From Candidatus Omnitrophota bacterium (GTDB lineage: Bacteria > Omnitrophota > Gorgyraeia > Gorgyraeales > Gorgyraeaceae), in contig JBDRJN010000015.1 in assembly GCA_043814965.1 (NCBI GenBank), forward strand, positions 1,503 to 65,502: a stretch of 64,000 nucleotides of DNA, given 5' to 3'. This document shows, piece by piece, positions 52,301 to 60,523 of this stretch (position 1 is its first letter; each line of letters starts with the position of its first letter). The notes beneath the pieces are model-generated. The model did no database searches. It saw nothing but the letters and a program-made list of their open reading frames with translations, and was not told where the DNA came from. A program made the position numbers and the translations under genes.

Positions 52301-52789
52301 GGGGCCTATTCAGTGAAACTGCCAGCAGGTGATTATATATTCAATGTCTCAGCTCCTAAGAATCTTAAACCTGAGCGCGCGCCTATAGAAAAGACAGTAA
52401 CCTCACCCGGCAATGGTAGTCTTACGCTGGATCTAAAGCTTAAAGAAGTTGAACCTGAAGTGCTCTATGATTCTCAAGGTAGAAGGTTATATACTACCAA
52501 TGGCGATGTTTATTATTACTACTATGACAGTAAAGGAAGAAAAATTCGTAAAAAGCATAGTTACTTTACTGTTAAATTCATAAACCAAACTACAAAAGAA
52601 GTATATAAAGCGGATATTAAAAGCAGTAATTACTATTCTATATTAGCACCAGAAGGCAAATATGATATAAAAATAAACGATCATTGGCAACGAAGTAAAG
52701 ATAAAAAAGCATGGCCATCTGTAATAACCGTAAACAAGGATAGAAAAGGTAGGATGGACTGGTATCTAGAGGTGCCGAAAACAGAATAA
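49370..52789 (+). CDS. Giant surface protein (1139 aa from ATG after AGGAGGG SD): signal peptide, VCBS/FG-GAP-type propeller, CarboxypepD_reg-like repeats
   Basis: MYTLTRNKRMILGAGVFLLLLSAVPAMA; KDVDLDGREEIAFTG, HDINNDNISEVIVTG, ADIDLDERPDLVITG, ADMDGDKYPEIIIG; C-term DGSYKFEGLETTDYTVVA, DGSYSLSVELANGDYYITA etc. Confidence 0.7.
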   Translation: MYTLTRNKRMILGAGVFLLLLSAVPAMAVEGEWERKLEETQVIDGGGGGFIGLGRGIPQTIITSTIDINPIIVKDVDLDGREEIAFTGTPSNSGLGNNPSVNLYLLDSNGDNYIPPDAPYGTVSKWPIEKKGGGIVPALHDINNDNISEVIVTGVDNQGIRIYAYTPEGNILSKYPKLIPGTAYCTTYGTSVVADIDLDERPDLVITGSSARGGNKVYAVNFETGNSLEGWEGGRPLPIGEELASNISPVIADMDGDKYPEIIIGTFTHGGKGTNTPKLHILSHDGKLTTITEGLELSKKLKTDLNIKDGDRFFEKSANSFGFMTSPAVMDVNGKKFIAAVATYIKPIDKNEREIGSILYILDEKGYCYPGELVNFDTYFYPTPYAYPSVTIGEVTKEKRPYIVITCNGKISMFYDFGGKIGDDIPAHPIGGGHFAAVLGSDNKIATLTFNGYVACYDAVTGLMENNFPKKMAVDTPRSNGLPYLALLRNMDSRSDVIIAPSYGNSSTPSGVVYAFKTSASGGLLGFGSGMKEDNRQWPMINLNPVNTRYESAGSSGMDIMLTPPPPVKEPIDISGKVKANTPYYKGHEFHLEGIIVRAAGYYDDSIKHETTTAADGSYKFEGLETTDYTVVANPEGKYGYKSESRAPVGNDNNVNFSLSPKEGFFVLYGQVVDAKSREGIDGVTVDTTVKGGSYSAVTADEGYYLISEIPRGEDTYAVNASKDGYVGKTQSMPGQIMQDFNSMEFKILEDKTYTYTITGITYDSNNNTLSGVTIGLEGKSVTATTQTDGSYSLSVELANGDYYITAKKNYYVNTTGKQHIVIADDSYTTITAVNFNFASETVKVSGYVKEKDSNTPLKNALITATITLNGRTDTKQTYSSFQAKTLGYYEFSSIPKGANIRVVAGLDGYNASDPLNVGVVENKKLQDIFLEKGKYIVSGKVCKEENNEGIASAAITIYVVKDNKRSKFDSLRSGSGGAYSVKLPAGDYIFNVSAPKNLKPERAPIEKTVTSPGNGSLTLDLKLKEVEPEVLYDSQGRRLYTTNGDVYYYYYDSKGRKIRKKHSYFTVKFINQTTKEVYKADIKSSNYYSILAPEGKYDIKINDHWQRSKDKKAWPSVITVNKDRKGRMDWYLEVPKTE

Positions 52790-52795
52790 GTGTAG

Positions 52796-52917
52796 TAGTA
52801 GGGGAGCCTTAAGGCTCCCCTACAATGTGGATAACTAGAATATAGGGGGACGCGTTACAAAAACATACACTTTGGCGTCTGATCCGCGTCAAGGTGGCCT
52901 CCTTCAAATAACGCGCC
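52796..52917 (+). repeat. 120-nt composite repeat copy 2 (REP hairpin + long-range hairpin); followed by C6T6 tract (terminator-like)
   Basis: Sequence identity with 49146-49265; ends ...taacgcgccccccttttttat. Confidence 0.7.
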
Positions 52918-52954
52918 CCCCTTTTTTATCAATATTGAATTAATGCGTTTTAAG

Positions 52955-52983
52955 TTGTCATATTGGATATTTTGTGCTAAACT
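52955..52983 (+). promoter_or_regulatory. Predicted promoter TTGTCA-17-TAAACT upstream of gspE-like gene
   Basis: Hexamer spacing seen directly; weaker -10. Confidence 0.35.
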
Positions 52984-53009
52984 TTTTAAAAATAAGGTAG
53001 GTATTGTAT

Positions 53010-54722
53010 ATGGCTGATAAAGTCAACAAGAAGATATCGCGTCTAGGTGATAAATTAGTAGAAAAAGGCCTTATCACAGATGACCAGCTAAAGCTAGCAC
53101 TTACTGAACAGAAAAAGACAGGGGATTTTCTGGGAAGCATATTGGTCGGCCTGGGGACTATCAGGGAAGAGGACCTCTATCTATCGCTCTCAGAGCAGTT
53201 AGATATCCCGTATATAAAGATAAAAGAATCCCGCATAGCAACTGACGCCCTAAGCAAGGTCTCTGCGAAGCTAGCATCCCAATATAAGATAATGCCAATA
53301 AAATTTGAGAAAAATGTCCTTACAGTAGCTGTCAGGGACCCTCTCAATATAAAGATGCTGGATGACCTGAAACTTATTTTAGGGTGTAATATTACTGCGG
53401 TCCTGGCATGCGAGACTGATATCCTCGAGGCTATCAAACGATACTACGGGATAGGAGCTGATACTATACAGGAGATGATGGATACTAAGCCAGCTGCTGA
53501 AGAGCCCGAGATAGTCATAGGAAAGACCGAGGATATACAAGATGTCTCAGGAGACGCATCTATAATAAGATTTGTAAATCAGATACTGATGCAGGCTATA
53601 AAAGACAAGGCCACTGATATACATATAGAACCCTATGAAAATGAGCTAAAGGTAAGATATAGGGTCGATGGCGTGTTATATGATATACCTATACCGCAGG
53701 ATATAAAGTATTTTGCTTCAAGTATCGCTTCCAGGATAAAAGTAATGTCAAACCTGGACATATCTGAAAAAAGGCTTCCTCAAGACGGCAGGGTAAAGAT
53801 AAAGATGGGAAGAGATGAGATGGACTTGAGGATCTCGACTTTACCAACACAATTTGGAGAGAGTGTCAATATAAGGCTGCTTACAGGGACGCAGTTTTAT
53901 AGCCTGGAAAAATTGGGCCTTTTTCCGGATGATATGAAGATAATAGAGCGGCTTATAAAGAAGCCTCACGGCATTATATTTACCACAGGGCCTACTGGAA
54001 GCGGCAAGACCACGACATTGTACTCGTGTATATCCAAGATAAATACAAATGACAAAAAGATCATAACCATAGAAGATCCTATAGAATACCAGCTTAAAGG
54101 AGTGACCCAGATACAGGTCAATCCAAAGACAGGCCTTACATTTGCCCAAGGCCTCAGGTCAATGCTGAGGCATGACCCTGATATTATGATGGTAGGTGAA
54201 GTAAGAGACTATGAGACAGCAGAGATCACTATAAGGGCAGCTTTGACAGGGCATCTTGTGTTCTCAACTATTCATACCAATGATGCGGCGGGAGGAGTGG
54301 CAAGGCTTCTCGATATAGGAGTGGAGCCGTATCTTGTCGCTAGTTCCGTAGATTGTTTTCTGGCGCAGCGCCTTGTAAGGGTGATATGCTCAAAATGTAA
54401 GACCAAGGTAAAGATAGATGAGTCTATTTTAAGGGATTTTGGAGCGGAGGAAAAAATAGATATGGTAGATGGTTTTATATATGAAGGAAAAGGCTGTGAA
54501 GAATGCAAGTTCAGCGGATATAAAGGAAGGACTGGCATATATGAGTTTTTAGCTATGGGCGAGGATATACGCAGCCTGGTCATTAAAAGAGCCCCTGCAA
54601 GCCAGATCAAGCAAAAAGCGCTGGAGCTCGGCATGCACACCCTTCGCATGGACGGATGGGAAAAAATAAAAAAAGGCATTACAACTATAAATGAAGTAAT
54701 AAGGGTTACAGGTCAGGATTAA
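53010..54722 (+). CDS. gspE: Type II secretion / type IV pilus assembly ATPase (GspE/PilB family) with N-terminal T2SSE_N domain
   Basis: Walker A GPTGSGKTTTLY, Asp/His boxes, tetracysteine CSKC...CEEC; N-domain LGDKLVEKGLITDDQL. Confidence 0.88.
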   Translation: MADKVNKKISRLGDKLVEKGLITDDQLKLALTEQKKTGDFLGSILVGLGTIREEDLYLSLSEQLDIPYIKIKESRIATDALSKVSAKLASQYKIMPIKFEKNVLTVAVRDPLNIKMLDDLKLILGCNITAVLACETDILEAIKRYYGIGADTIQEMMDTKPAAEEPEIVIGKTEDIQDVSGDASIIRFVNQILMQAIKDKATDIHIEPYENELKVRYRVDGVLYDIPIPQDIKYFASSIASRIKVMSNLDISEKRLPQDGRVKIKMGRDEMDLRISTLPTQFGESVNIRLLTGTQFYSLEKLGLFPDDMKIIERLIKKPHGIIFTTGPTGSGKTTTLYSCISKINTNDKKIITIEDPIEYQLKGVTQIQVNPKTGLTFAQGLRSMLRHDPDIMMVGEVRDYETAEITIRAALTGHLVFSTIHTNDAAGGVARLLDIGVEPYLVASSVDCFLAQRLVRVICSKCKTKVKIDESILRDFGAEEKIDMVDGFIYEGKGCEECKFSGYKGRTGIYEFLAMGEDIRSLVIKRAPASQIKQKALELGMHTLRMDGWEKIKKGITTINEVIRVTGQD

Positions 54723-54723
54723 T

Positions 54724-55926
54724 TTGAATAAAGAAATCACTAAGACAATAGTCATACCTCGCCATTTAGCATTCATAAGGTTTCTGGATATCCCTTCAGT
54801 GGATGATTCTGAGATAAAAGATGTATTAAGGTTCCAGGCCATAAAAGAACTGCCTTATCCCAAAGAGGACATAGTCATCGGTTATAAAAAACTAGGGTCC
54901 TATAAACAGGGAAGTATTTCTATCATGCTTGTGGTGGCTACCAAGGAGATACTGGAAGATGCTATAGAAAATGAAGCTCGGCTGGGAGCTGGCCAGGATT
55001 GCATAGTAAGGCTGTATACAGAGTTATTGTATGAGTTTTTATTAAAACAGAATGTCATAAAAGAGGACAAAGTAAATCTTGTTATCAATATAGGAGAGAA
55101 GTCTTCTGAGATAATTGTGATGGATAAAAAGCGCCTTATCGTCTCGAGGGGGTTTTCAGACAATAAGAGGCTGCTCGAGGAGATAAAGCATTCATTATTA
55201 GCATACAAAAGGGATAGATTGAACCCGCCTATAGAAAATATAATCATAAGGCGTTTTTTATCCAGAGACACGGAAGATATCAAACTCTACATCGAAGAAG
55301 AGTTCCAGGGTGTACCATTAGAGAGTTATGAATTTAAAAAAGACCTCGAGGCATTAGATTTTTCATTGGATATCAATCTTGCTCCAGAAGAGATAAGACA
55401 GAACCTGGAAAAGACCAAAAAAAAGAAAGAATCTATCATAATATATGGGCTTATCTTTGCTATAATAGCGCTGGTCTTTTCTTTGCTGAATTACAAGCTT
55501 TACGAAAAGAGAAAATTCATAGATATCCTTTCTGATAGATTGACGAAGCTTCAGACAAAGACGCATAATCTCAGCAAGCTCTCCAAAAAAACAGATTTTT
55601 TAAGCAAGCAGGAATTGGAAGGCCTTGTGATGGTGGATATCCTGGGTTACTCTGATAGGGCAGTGCCTTCCAGCATATTTTTATCAGGATTGGAATATGC
55701 GGGGAACAACGAAGTCTCTTACAGGGGGTTTGCGAAGGATACATCTTCTGTGCTTGACCTTGTCAGGATACTGGAGGATTCAGAATATTTCAACAAGGCT
55801 GAAGTCAAGTATGCCACCAAAAAAAGATATAGGGGCAAGGAGATAGTTGATTTCGACATACAGTGCCATATAGACATGGATAATGTCTCAAAGAAATACA
55901 ATATAGATATAATAAAGGAAAGATGA
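54724..55926 (+). CDS. GspL-like / PilM-PilN fusion (cytoplasmic actin-like domain, one TM, periplasmic coiled-coil)
   Basis: 400 aa; N-terminal PilM-like region; TM IIIYGLIFAIIALVFSLLNY around residue 240; TTG start. Confidence 0.6.
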   Translation: MNKEITKTIVIPRHLAFIRFLDIPSVDDSEIKDVLRFQAIKELPYPKEDIVIGYKKLGSYKQGSISIMLVVATKEILEDAIENEARLGAGQDCIVRLYTELLYEFLLKQNVIKEDKVNLVINIGEKSSEIIVMDKKRLIVSRGFSDNKRLLEEIKHSLLAYKRDRLNPPIENIIIRRFLSRDTEDIKLYIEEEFQGVPLESYEFKKDLEALDFSLDINLAPEEIRQNLEKTKKKKESIIIYGLIFAIIALVFSLLNYKLYEKRKFIDILSDRLTKLQTKTHNLSKLSKKTDFLSKQELEGLVMVDILGYSDRAVPSSIFLSGLEYAGNNEVSYRGFAKDTSSVLDLVRILEDSEYFNKAEVKYATKKRYRGKEIVDFDIQCHIDMDNVSKKYNIDIIKER

Positions 55927-56435
55927 TAAAGCTAAATATCTCAAAAAGAGAAAAAAACATACTGATCGTCACGATCGCGGTCGTATCCATGGTCCTGATA
56001 TACAATCTTGTGTTGGATGGTGTCTTTAAGAGTTGGGTAGGGTATAATAAAAAGATATCAGATGACATAAAAGACCTTGAAAAGAATATAGAGTTATTGA
56101 AAAACAGGAACCTTGTCATCAGGCACTACAATTCATATGTCTCCAATATCAATACCATGCCCAAGATACTCTCTATAATAGAACAAAATGCATCATCGTT
56201 GGGCATTACCACATCCAATATAAGGCCCAGGCCTGTCATAGATCATGGTATATGCAAGGAATATATAGTAGAGCTTCATATTGAGGGAGGGCTTGGCAGT
56301 ATAACCAAGCTTATGTCCCAGCTTATAGAGCATCCTGTCATCATAAGCATAAAGAAGTTTGAATTGAGAAGGACCGAGCAAGAGAGCTCTATTTTTAAAG
56401 GTATATTTGTCATGTCCAAAGCAGTCCTCCAGTAG
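55923..56435 (+). CDS. GspM/PilO-like bitopic inner-membrane protein
   Basis: 170 aa; N-terminal TM ILIVTIAVVSMVLIYNLVL then periplasmic domain; overlaps upstream stop (translational coupling). Confidence 0.5.
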   Translation: MIKLNISKREKNILIVTIAVVSMVLIYNLVLDGVFKSWVGYNKKISDDIKDLEKNIELLKNRNLVIRHYNSYVSNINTMPKILSIIEQNASSLGITTSNIRPRPVIDHGICKEYIVELHIEGGLGSITKLMSQLIEHPVIISIKKFELRRTEQESSIFKGIFVMSKAVLQ

Positions 56436-56557
56436 GCCCAAGTTTTTATTACCCATTATACGGCAAAAGTTAAGAAAAAAATCCAACCTGCCTTGACATA
56501 GGCTTTTTAGTAGAGTATACTTACTCTCTGAGTAGAGAGTAAGCTATTACTATCTAT

Positions 56558-56809
56558 ATGGAGAGCAATAGAATTATGGAAAATAATATTTATTTAATAA
56601 AGGACCTGGCTAGATTAAGCGGGCAGACTATTCATACTATAAAATATTATCTTAATATAGGCCTTATAAAGGAAATAGGCAGAAGCCCTGAGACCAATTT
56701 CAGGTATTTTAACAAAAAGAACCTTGAAGAACTTCTCAGGATAAGGACACTGCGGCGGGAGCATAAGTCTCTCGCTGAGATAAGAGAGATACTAGAAGGG
56801 AGAATGTAG
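56558..56809 (+). CDS. Small MerR-family HTH protein (83 aa, HTH only)
   Basis: YLIKDLARLSGQTIHTIKYYLNIGLI matches MerR N-terminal HTH; stop abuts exeA-like start. Confidence 0.55.
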   Translation: MESNRIMENNIYLIKDLARLSGQTIHTIKYYLNIGLIKEIGRSPETNFRYFNKKNLEELLRIRTLRREHKSLAEIREILEGRM

Positions 56810-57637
56810 TTGTCATACTACGAGATACTCAGCCTCAAGAAAGAACCTTTTTCTACAAGCCCTGACCCTTATTTTATGTATCCATCTTTGTCCCACCAGC
56901 AAGTGATCAAAAGACTAGAGACAGTTATCAGGCTCAAAAGGGGTTTAAGCCTGGTCCTGGGAGATGTAGGAGTAGGTAAGACTACGCTAGGGAGATCGCT
57001 TTTGCAGATACTTAGCAAAGAAGATTCTTTTATGCCTCACATGATACTTGACCCTGTATATGACTCTGAGTTCCAATTTGTCGTGTATCTTGCTAAGTTA
57101 TTTGGCATCAAGTCTTCTTTTAGGTCCACGCTTGATTACAAAGAGGCTATAGAAAGGTTTTTGTTTAAAAAATGCGTTGATGAAAAAAGCACCGTCATCT
57201 TAGTAATAGACGAAGCGCAAAAACTATATCCCTCCACACTCGAGATACTTCGTACATTGCTGAACTTTGAGACCAATGAATACAAACTTATACAACTTGT
57301 TATCATAGGCCAGATGGAACTTTTGCCGAAACTAAAAAGAATAAAGAACTTTTCCGACAGGGTAAGCCTGAAATATATACTTAATCCATTTGATATAAAC
57401 GAGACAAAAGACATGATAAGGTTCCGCTTGAAACAGGCAGGTTATAATTCAGGAAAAAGCTTCTTTACAGAAGAAGCCATGAATATGATATACGAATACA
57501 CGCAGGGCTATCCCAGGAAGATCGCAAACCTGTGCCATAGCGCGCTAGAGGAATTAGTCATGAAAGAGTCGCGGTCAGTCGATGAAAACCTGATACAAGA
57601 ATTGATAGAAAGGGATAAGGTAGTGGCATTGGCCTAG
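56810..57637 (+). CDS. ExeA/GspA-like AAA ATPase (AAA_22), cytoplasmic form lacking TM/peptidoglycan-binding domain
   Basis: N-term SYYEILSLKKEPFSTSPDPYFMYPSLSHQQ (ExeA signature F-L-x-PF-x-PDP-FLY), Walker A GDVGVGKTT, Walker B VILVIDEAQ; TTG start. Confidence 0.75.
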   Translation: MSYYEILSLKKEPFSTSPDPYFMYPSLSHQQVIKRLETVIRLKRGLSLVLGDVGVGKTTLGRSLLQILSKEDSFMPHMILDPVYDSEFQFVVYLAKLFGIKSSFRSTLDYKEAIERFLFKKCVDEKSTVILVIDEAQKLYPSTLEILRTLLNFETNEYKLIQLVIIGQMELLPKLKRIKNFSDRVSLKYILNPFDINETKDMIRFRLKQAGYNSGKSFFTEEAMNMIYEYTQGYPRKIANLCHSALEELVMKESRSVDENLIQELIERDKVVALA

Positions 57638-57638
57638 T

Positions 57639-58136
57639 ATGAGAAACATTACACCCGAAGGAAAATTACTGAACCTTATAAAACAAGCTCAACATAAGCC
57701 CAGGCTTAAAAAGGATCTAAAGATCTTTACTAAGCTTACGATAGCCTTGAGCGGGGTCATAGTCGTTATAGTCATCCTGCTGATAGTAGATATGACTAGG
57801 TTCGAATATGAGCTTCCCAGCGTAGATATAAATTTTGATGAAAACTATGAGACCATAGATATATTAAAACCCAGCGATGTTGATTTTAAGATAGATGTAG
57901 AAAAGACCAATGTCAAGAATATATCGGATATCAAAAACAATATACAAAGCAGTATAAAACTAGTCGGTATCATCACCGGAGAGGAATCCCAGGCTATCGT
58001 AGAAGACCTCCAGACGAAGGAGACGCTTTTTCTTGGAGTGGGTGATAGCATAAAAGATTGTAAGGTCTCTAATATATTCAAGGACAGCGTAGTCTTGGAT
58101 TATAATGGAGAAAAGATAACCATAGCTATTCAATAA
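57639..58136 (+). CDS. GspC/PilP/ExeB-like bitopic periplasmic protein (secretin-interacting HR-domain-like)
   Basis: 165 aa; TM LTIALSGVIVVIVILLIV; C-terminal beta-rich LVGIITGEESQAIVED...LFLGVGDSI...VVLDYNGEKITI. Confidence 0.45.
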   Translation: MRNITPEGKLLNLIKQAQHKPRLKKDLKIFTKLTIALSGVIVVIVILLIVDMTRFEYELPSVDINFDENYETIDILKPSDVDFKIDVEKTNVKNISDIKNNIQSSIKLVGIITGEESQAIVEDLQTKETLFLGVGDSIKDCKVSNIFKDSVVLDYNGEKITIAIQ

Positions 58137-58151
58137 ATAAAGGATATTTAT

Positions 58152-60218
58152 ATGAAGATATCAAAAAGCAGCGTCTTTATAATAATAGGATTTTTGATAA
58201 TGAACTCTCTTTTTTCTTTGGACATCACATATGCCAAGGACTATTCCCCCGAACTTATATCTTTAGATATAAAAGGCATGGATATAAGAGATGTGCTGAA
58301 GCTATTATCACAGAAGAGCGGTTTGAATATCATAGCAGACAGAGAAGTCAGAGGAGACGTGCAGCTATATGTAAATGACCTGGATATCATGCAGGTATTG
58401 GATATACTGGTCTCTACCAATGGCCTTGCGTATGAGCAGCAGGGCACCCTCATAAGAGTGATGACAGACAAGAAATATGATACGCTTCACGGTAAATCAT
58501 TCGACGATACTACTGTCACTGAAATAATAAAACTAAACCATATCAATGCCCAGGATGTATCCAACACCATAAACGAGATAAAGACCAGTATCGGCAAGAT
58601 CATACCTGACGAGAGGTCCAACACCGTAGTCTTGATAGACAATCCGTCTACGGTCGACAGGATGAAGCAGATCATAATGGAGATGGATGTAGCCTTGACG
58701 ACAGAGGTGTTTGATCTTAATTTTGCAAATGCCAGTGACGTAAAAGGCAAAATAGAGAACATCGTCTCCAAGGATATAGGAGAAGTGAGTATAGACGAGA
58801 GGACCAATAAACTAGTAGTAAAAGATACACCTAAGAAGATAGAAGAGATAAAGAATATCATAAAGGTATTCGACGATAAGACACTGGAGGTCTCCATAGA
58901 GACGCATATCATACAGGTGAGCCTTGCAGATAAATACAGCCATGGTATCAATTGGTATGATATTGCTAGGCTTGGAGACTTTAAATTTACAATAGATACT
59001 AACCTTTCTACGGGGCTGACAAATGTGACGCCTTCTGATTTTAGCGTGGCTAGCAGCGGTAATTTCACAGCGATAATGGGCTTACTGGATACATTTGGGA
59101 AGACCAATGTCCTTTCCAAGCCCAGGATCACTGTTGCTAATAAGCAAGAGGCTAAGATCCTGGTGGGATCCAAAGAAGCCTATGTTACTAGCGAAGTGAC
59201 TACGACCGAAGGAGGGACTTATCACACAACAGATAATGTTCAGTTTGTTGATGTTGGAGTGAGTTTATCAGTAACGCCTGAGATAAACAGGGCAGGATAT
59301 ATTACGCTAAAGGTCAGGCCAGAGGTCTCGAGCTCTGATTCTACCAAGACCGTAGAGCTCAAAAATCCTGATGGCTCTACGCGTACGATTGTCCCCTATG
59401 TGACTACTGCTGAGACCGAGACAACAGTTGTTATAAAAGACGGCACTACTCTTATATTAGGCGGATTGATGAAAGATACTGTCATAGACAATAAACAAAA
59501 AGTACCTATCCTGGGAGATATACCTTTATTGGGAGGGTTATTCAGGTCATCCGGAAAAAGTAAAGAGAAGACAGAGCTGGTCATATTTATCACGCCTCAT
59601 ATCATCGGAGGAGACGAGACTACTGGAGAAGTAAAGAATGGACTTAAGGATTTTAATAGGCAAGAGGAAAAAAATAAAGTGGATAGGGAATTACCTATCA
59701 TAGGCGGGGTGAGCGAAAGAAGTGATGCGCGGGAAAGCAGGACACCGATATGGCGTACTGCCAAAAGAAAACCTGACGCGAAACCAGTGACTAAAAAAGA
59801 TGCTTCTCGGGCGCCTAAAGCAGCTGCTGAGAGAAAAGATAAAGCAAGTGAATGGGCTCCTCTTCTTGGCGCGGAAAAACCAAAAGAAGTTCCAATGCCT
59901 ACAATGGCTAAAGAGGAGAAAAAAGGATCTCCGCCTCAAAGATCTACCAACGAAGATTATGATCTACTGGTAGATCAGGAGATAAAGAGAGTTGTCAAAG
60001 ACCAGGGCAATATAGGGGCCAAGGGTATTGTAGAACTCCAGTTTACACTGGACAGGGAAGGTTTTTTGATAAAAGGCCCTATCGTACTTAATAAACCTGA
60101 GCTCACGCTTGTAAGAAACAGTGTAAACGCTGTTAAAGCTGCTTCTCCATTCCCTCCATTCTATGAAGGCATGAGCGAGGATGAAAGAGAGTTTTATGTA
60201 AAGGTAGTGTACGAATAG
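58152..60218 (+). CDS. Secretin (GspD/PilQ family) with N0/STN-like and N1 domains and an unusual C-terminal Pro/Lys/Ala-rich linker + TonB_C-like domain
   Basis: 688 aa; signal peptide; N0 ISLDIKGMDIRDVLKLLSQKSGLNII; secretin core ...VPILGDIPLLGGLFRS...TELVIFITPHII; tail KRKPDAKPVTKKDASRAPKAAAERKDK then AKGIVELQFTLDREGFLIKGPIVLNKPELTLVRNSVNAVKAASPFPPF. Confidence 0.8.
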   Translation: MKISKSSVFIIIGFLIMNSLFSLDITYAKDYSPELISLDIKGMDIRDVLKLLSQKSGLNIIADREVRGDVQLYVNDLDIMQVLDILVSTNGLAYEQQGTLIRVMTDKKYDTLHGKSFDDTTVTEIIKLNHINAQDVSNTINEIKTSIGKIIPDERSNTVVLIDNPSTVDRMKQIIMEMDVALTTEVFDLNFANASDVKGKIENIVSKDIGEVSIDERTNKLVVKDTPKKIEEIKNIIKVFDDKTLEVSIETHIIQVSLADKYSHGINWYDIARLGDFKFTIDTNLSTGLTNVTPSDFSVASSGNFTAIMGLLDTFGKTNVLSKPRITVANKQEAKILVGSKEAYVTSEVTTTEGGTYHTTDNVQFVDVGVSLSVTPEINRAGYITLKVRPEVSSSDSTKTVELKNPDGSTRTIVPYVTTAETETTVVIKDGTTLILGGLMKDTVIDNKQKVPILGDIPLLGGLFRSSGKSKEKTELVIFITPHIIGGDETTGEVKNGLKDFNRQEEKNKVDRELPIIGGVSERSDARESRTPIWRTAKRKPDAKPVTKKDASRAPKAAAERKDKASEWAPLLGAEKPKEVPMPTMAKEEKKGSPPQRSTNEDYDLLVDQEIKRVVKDQGNIGAKGIVELQFTLDREGFLIKGPIVLNKPELTLVRNSVNAVKAASPFPPFYEGMSEDEREFYVKVVYE

Positions 60219-60236
60219 ACATTTGCCCATAGTTTT

Positions 60237-60399
60237 TTCTTGCTAGTGAGGGGTCTTCAAAAAGACGTTCGGCCAAATTTAGTGATTTGTAGATGTGGGC
60301 CTCACTCCTTTTTATTTTGACAGGCAAACTAAAATGTAGTTTGGTAAGATTCTGGTCCGCAAAATAAAGAGGCTTTTTTAGACCCCTCACTAGCAAGAA
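60237..60399. repeat. Family-B ~163-nt element copy 2, closed by perfect 19-bp terminal inverted repeats (ttcttgctagtgaggggtc / gacccctcactagcaagaa)
   Basis: Core homologous to 15440-15600; perfect TIRs seen directly. Confidence 0.65.
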
Positions 60400-60523
60400 A
60401 AAATATAAAGCAATAAATTGCGGTTTTTAGCTTGACGTATAGATAATAATAGTTATAATAAAACGAGTGTTTTTGCAAAAAAATTACAGATGGCTCGATA
60501 GCCTATAATCTAAGGAGGAATCA

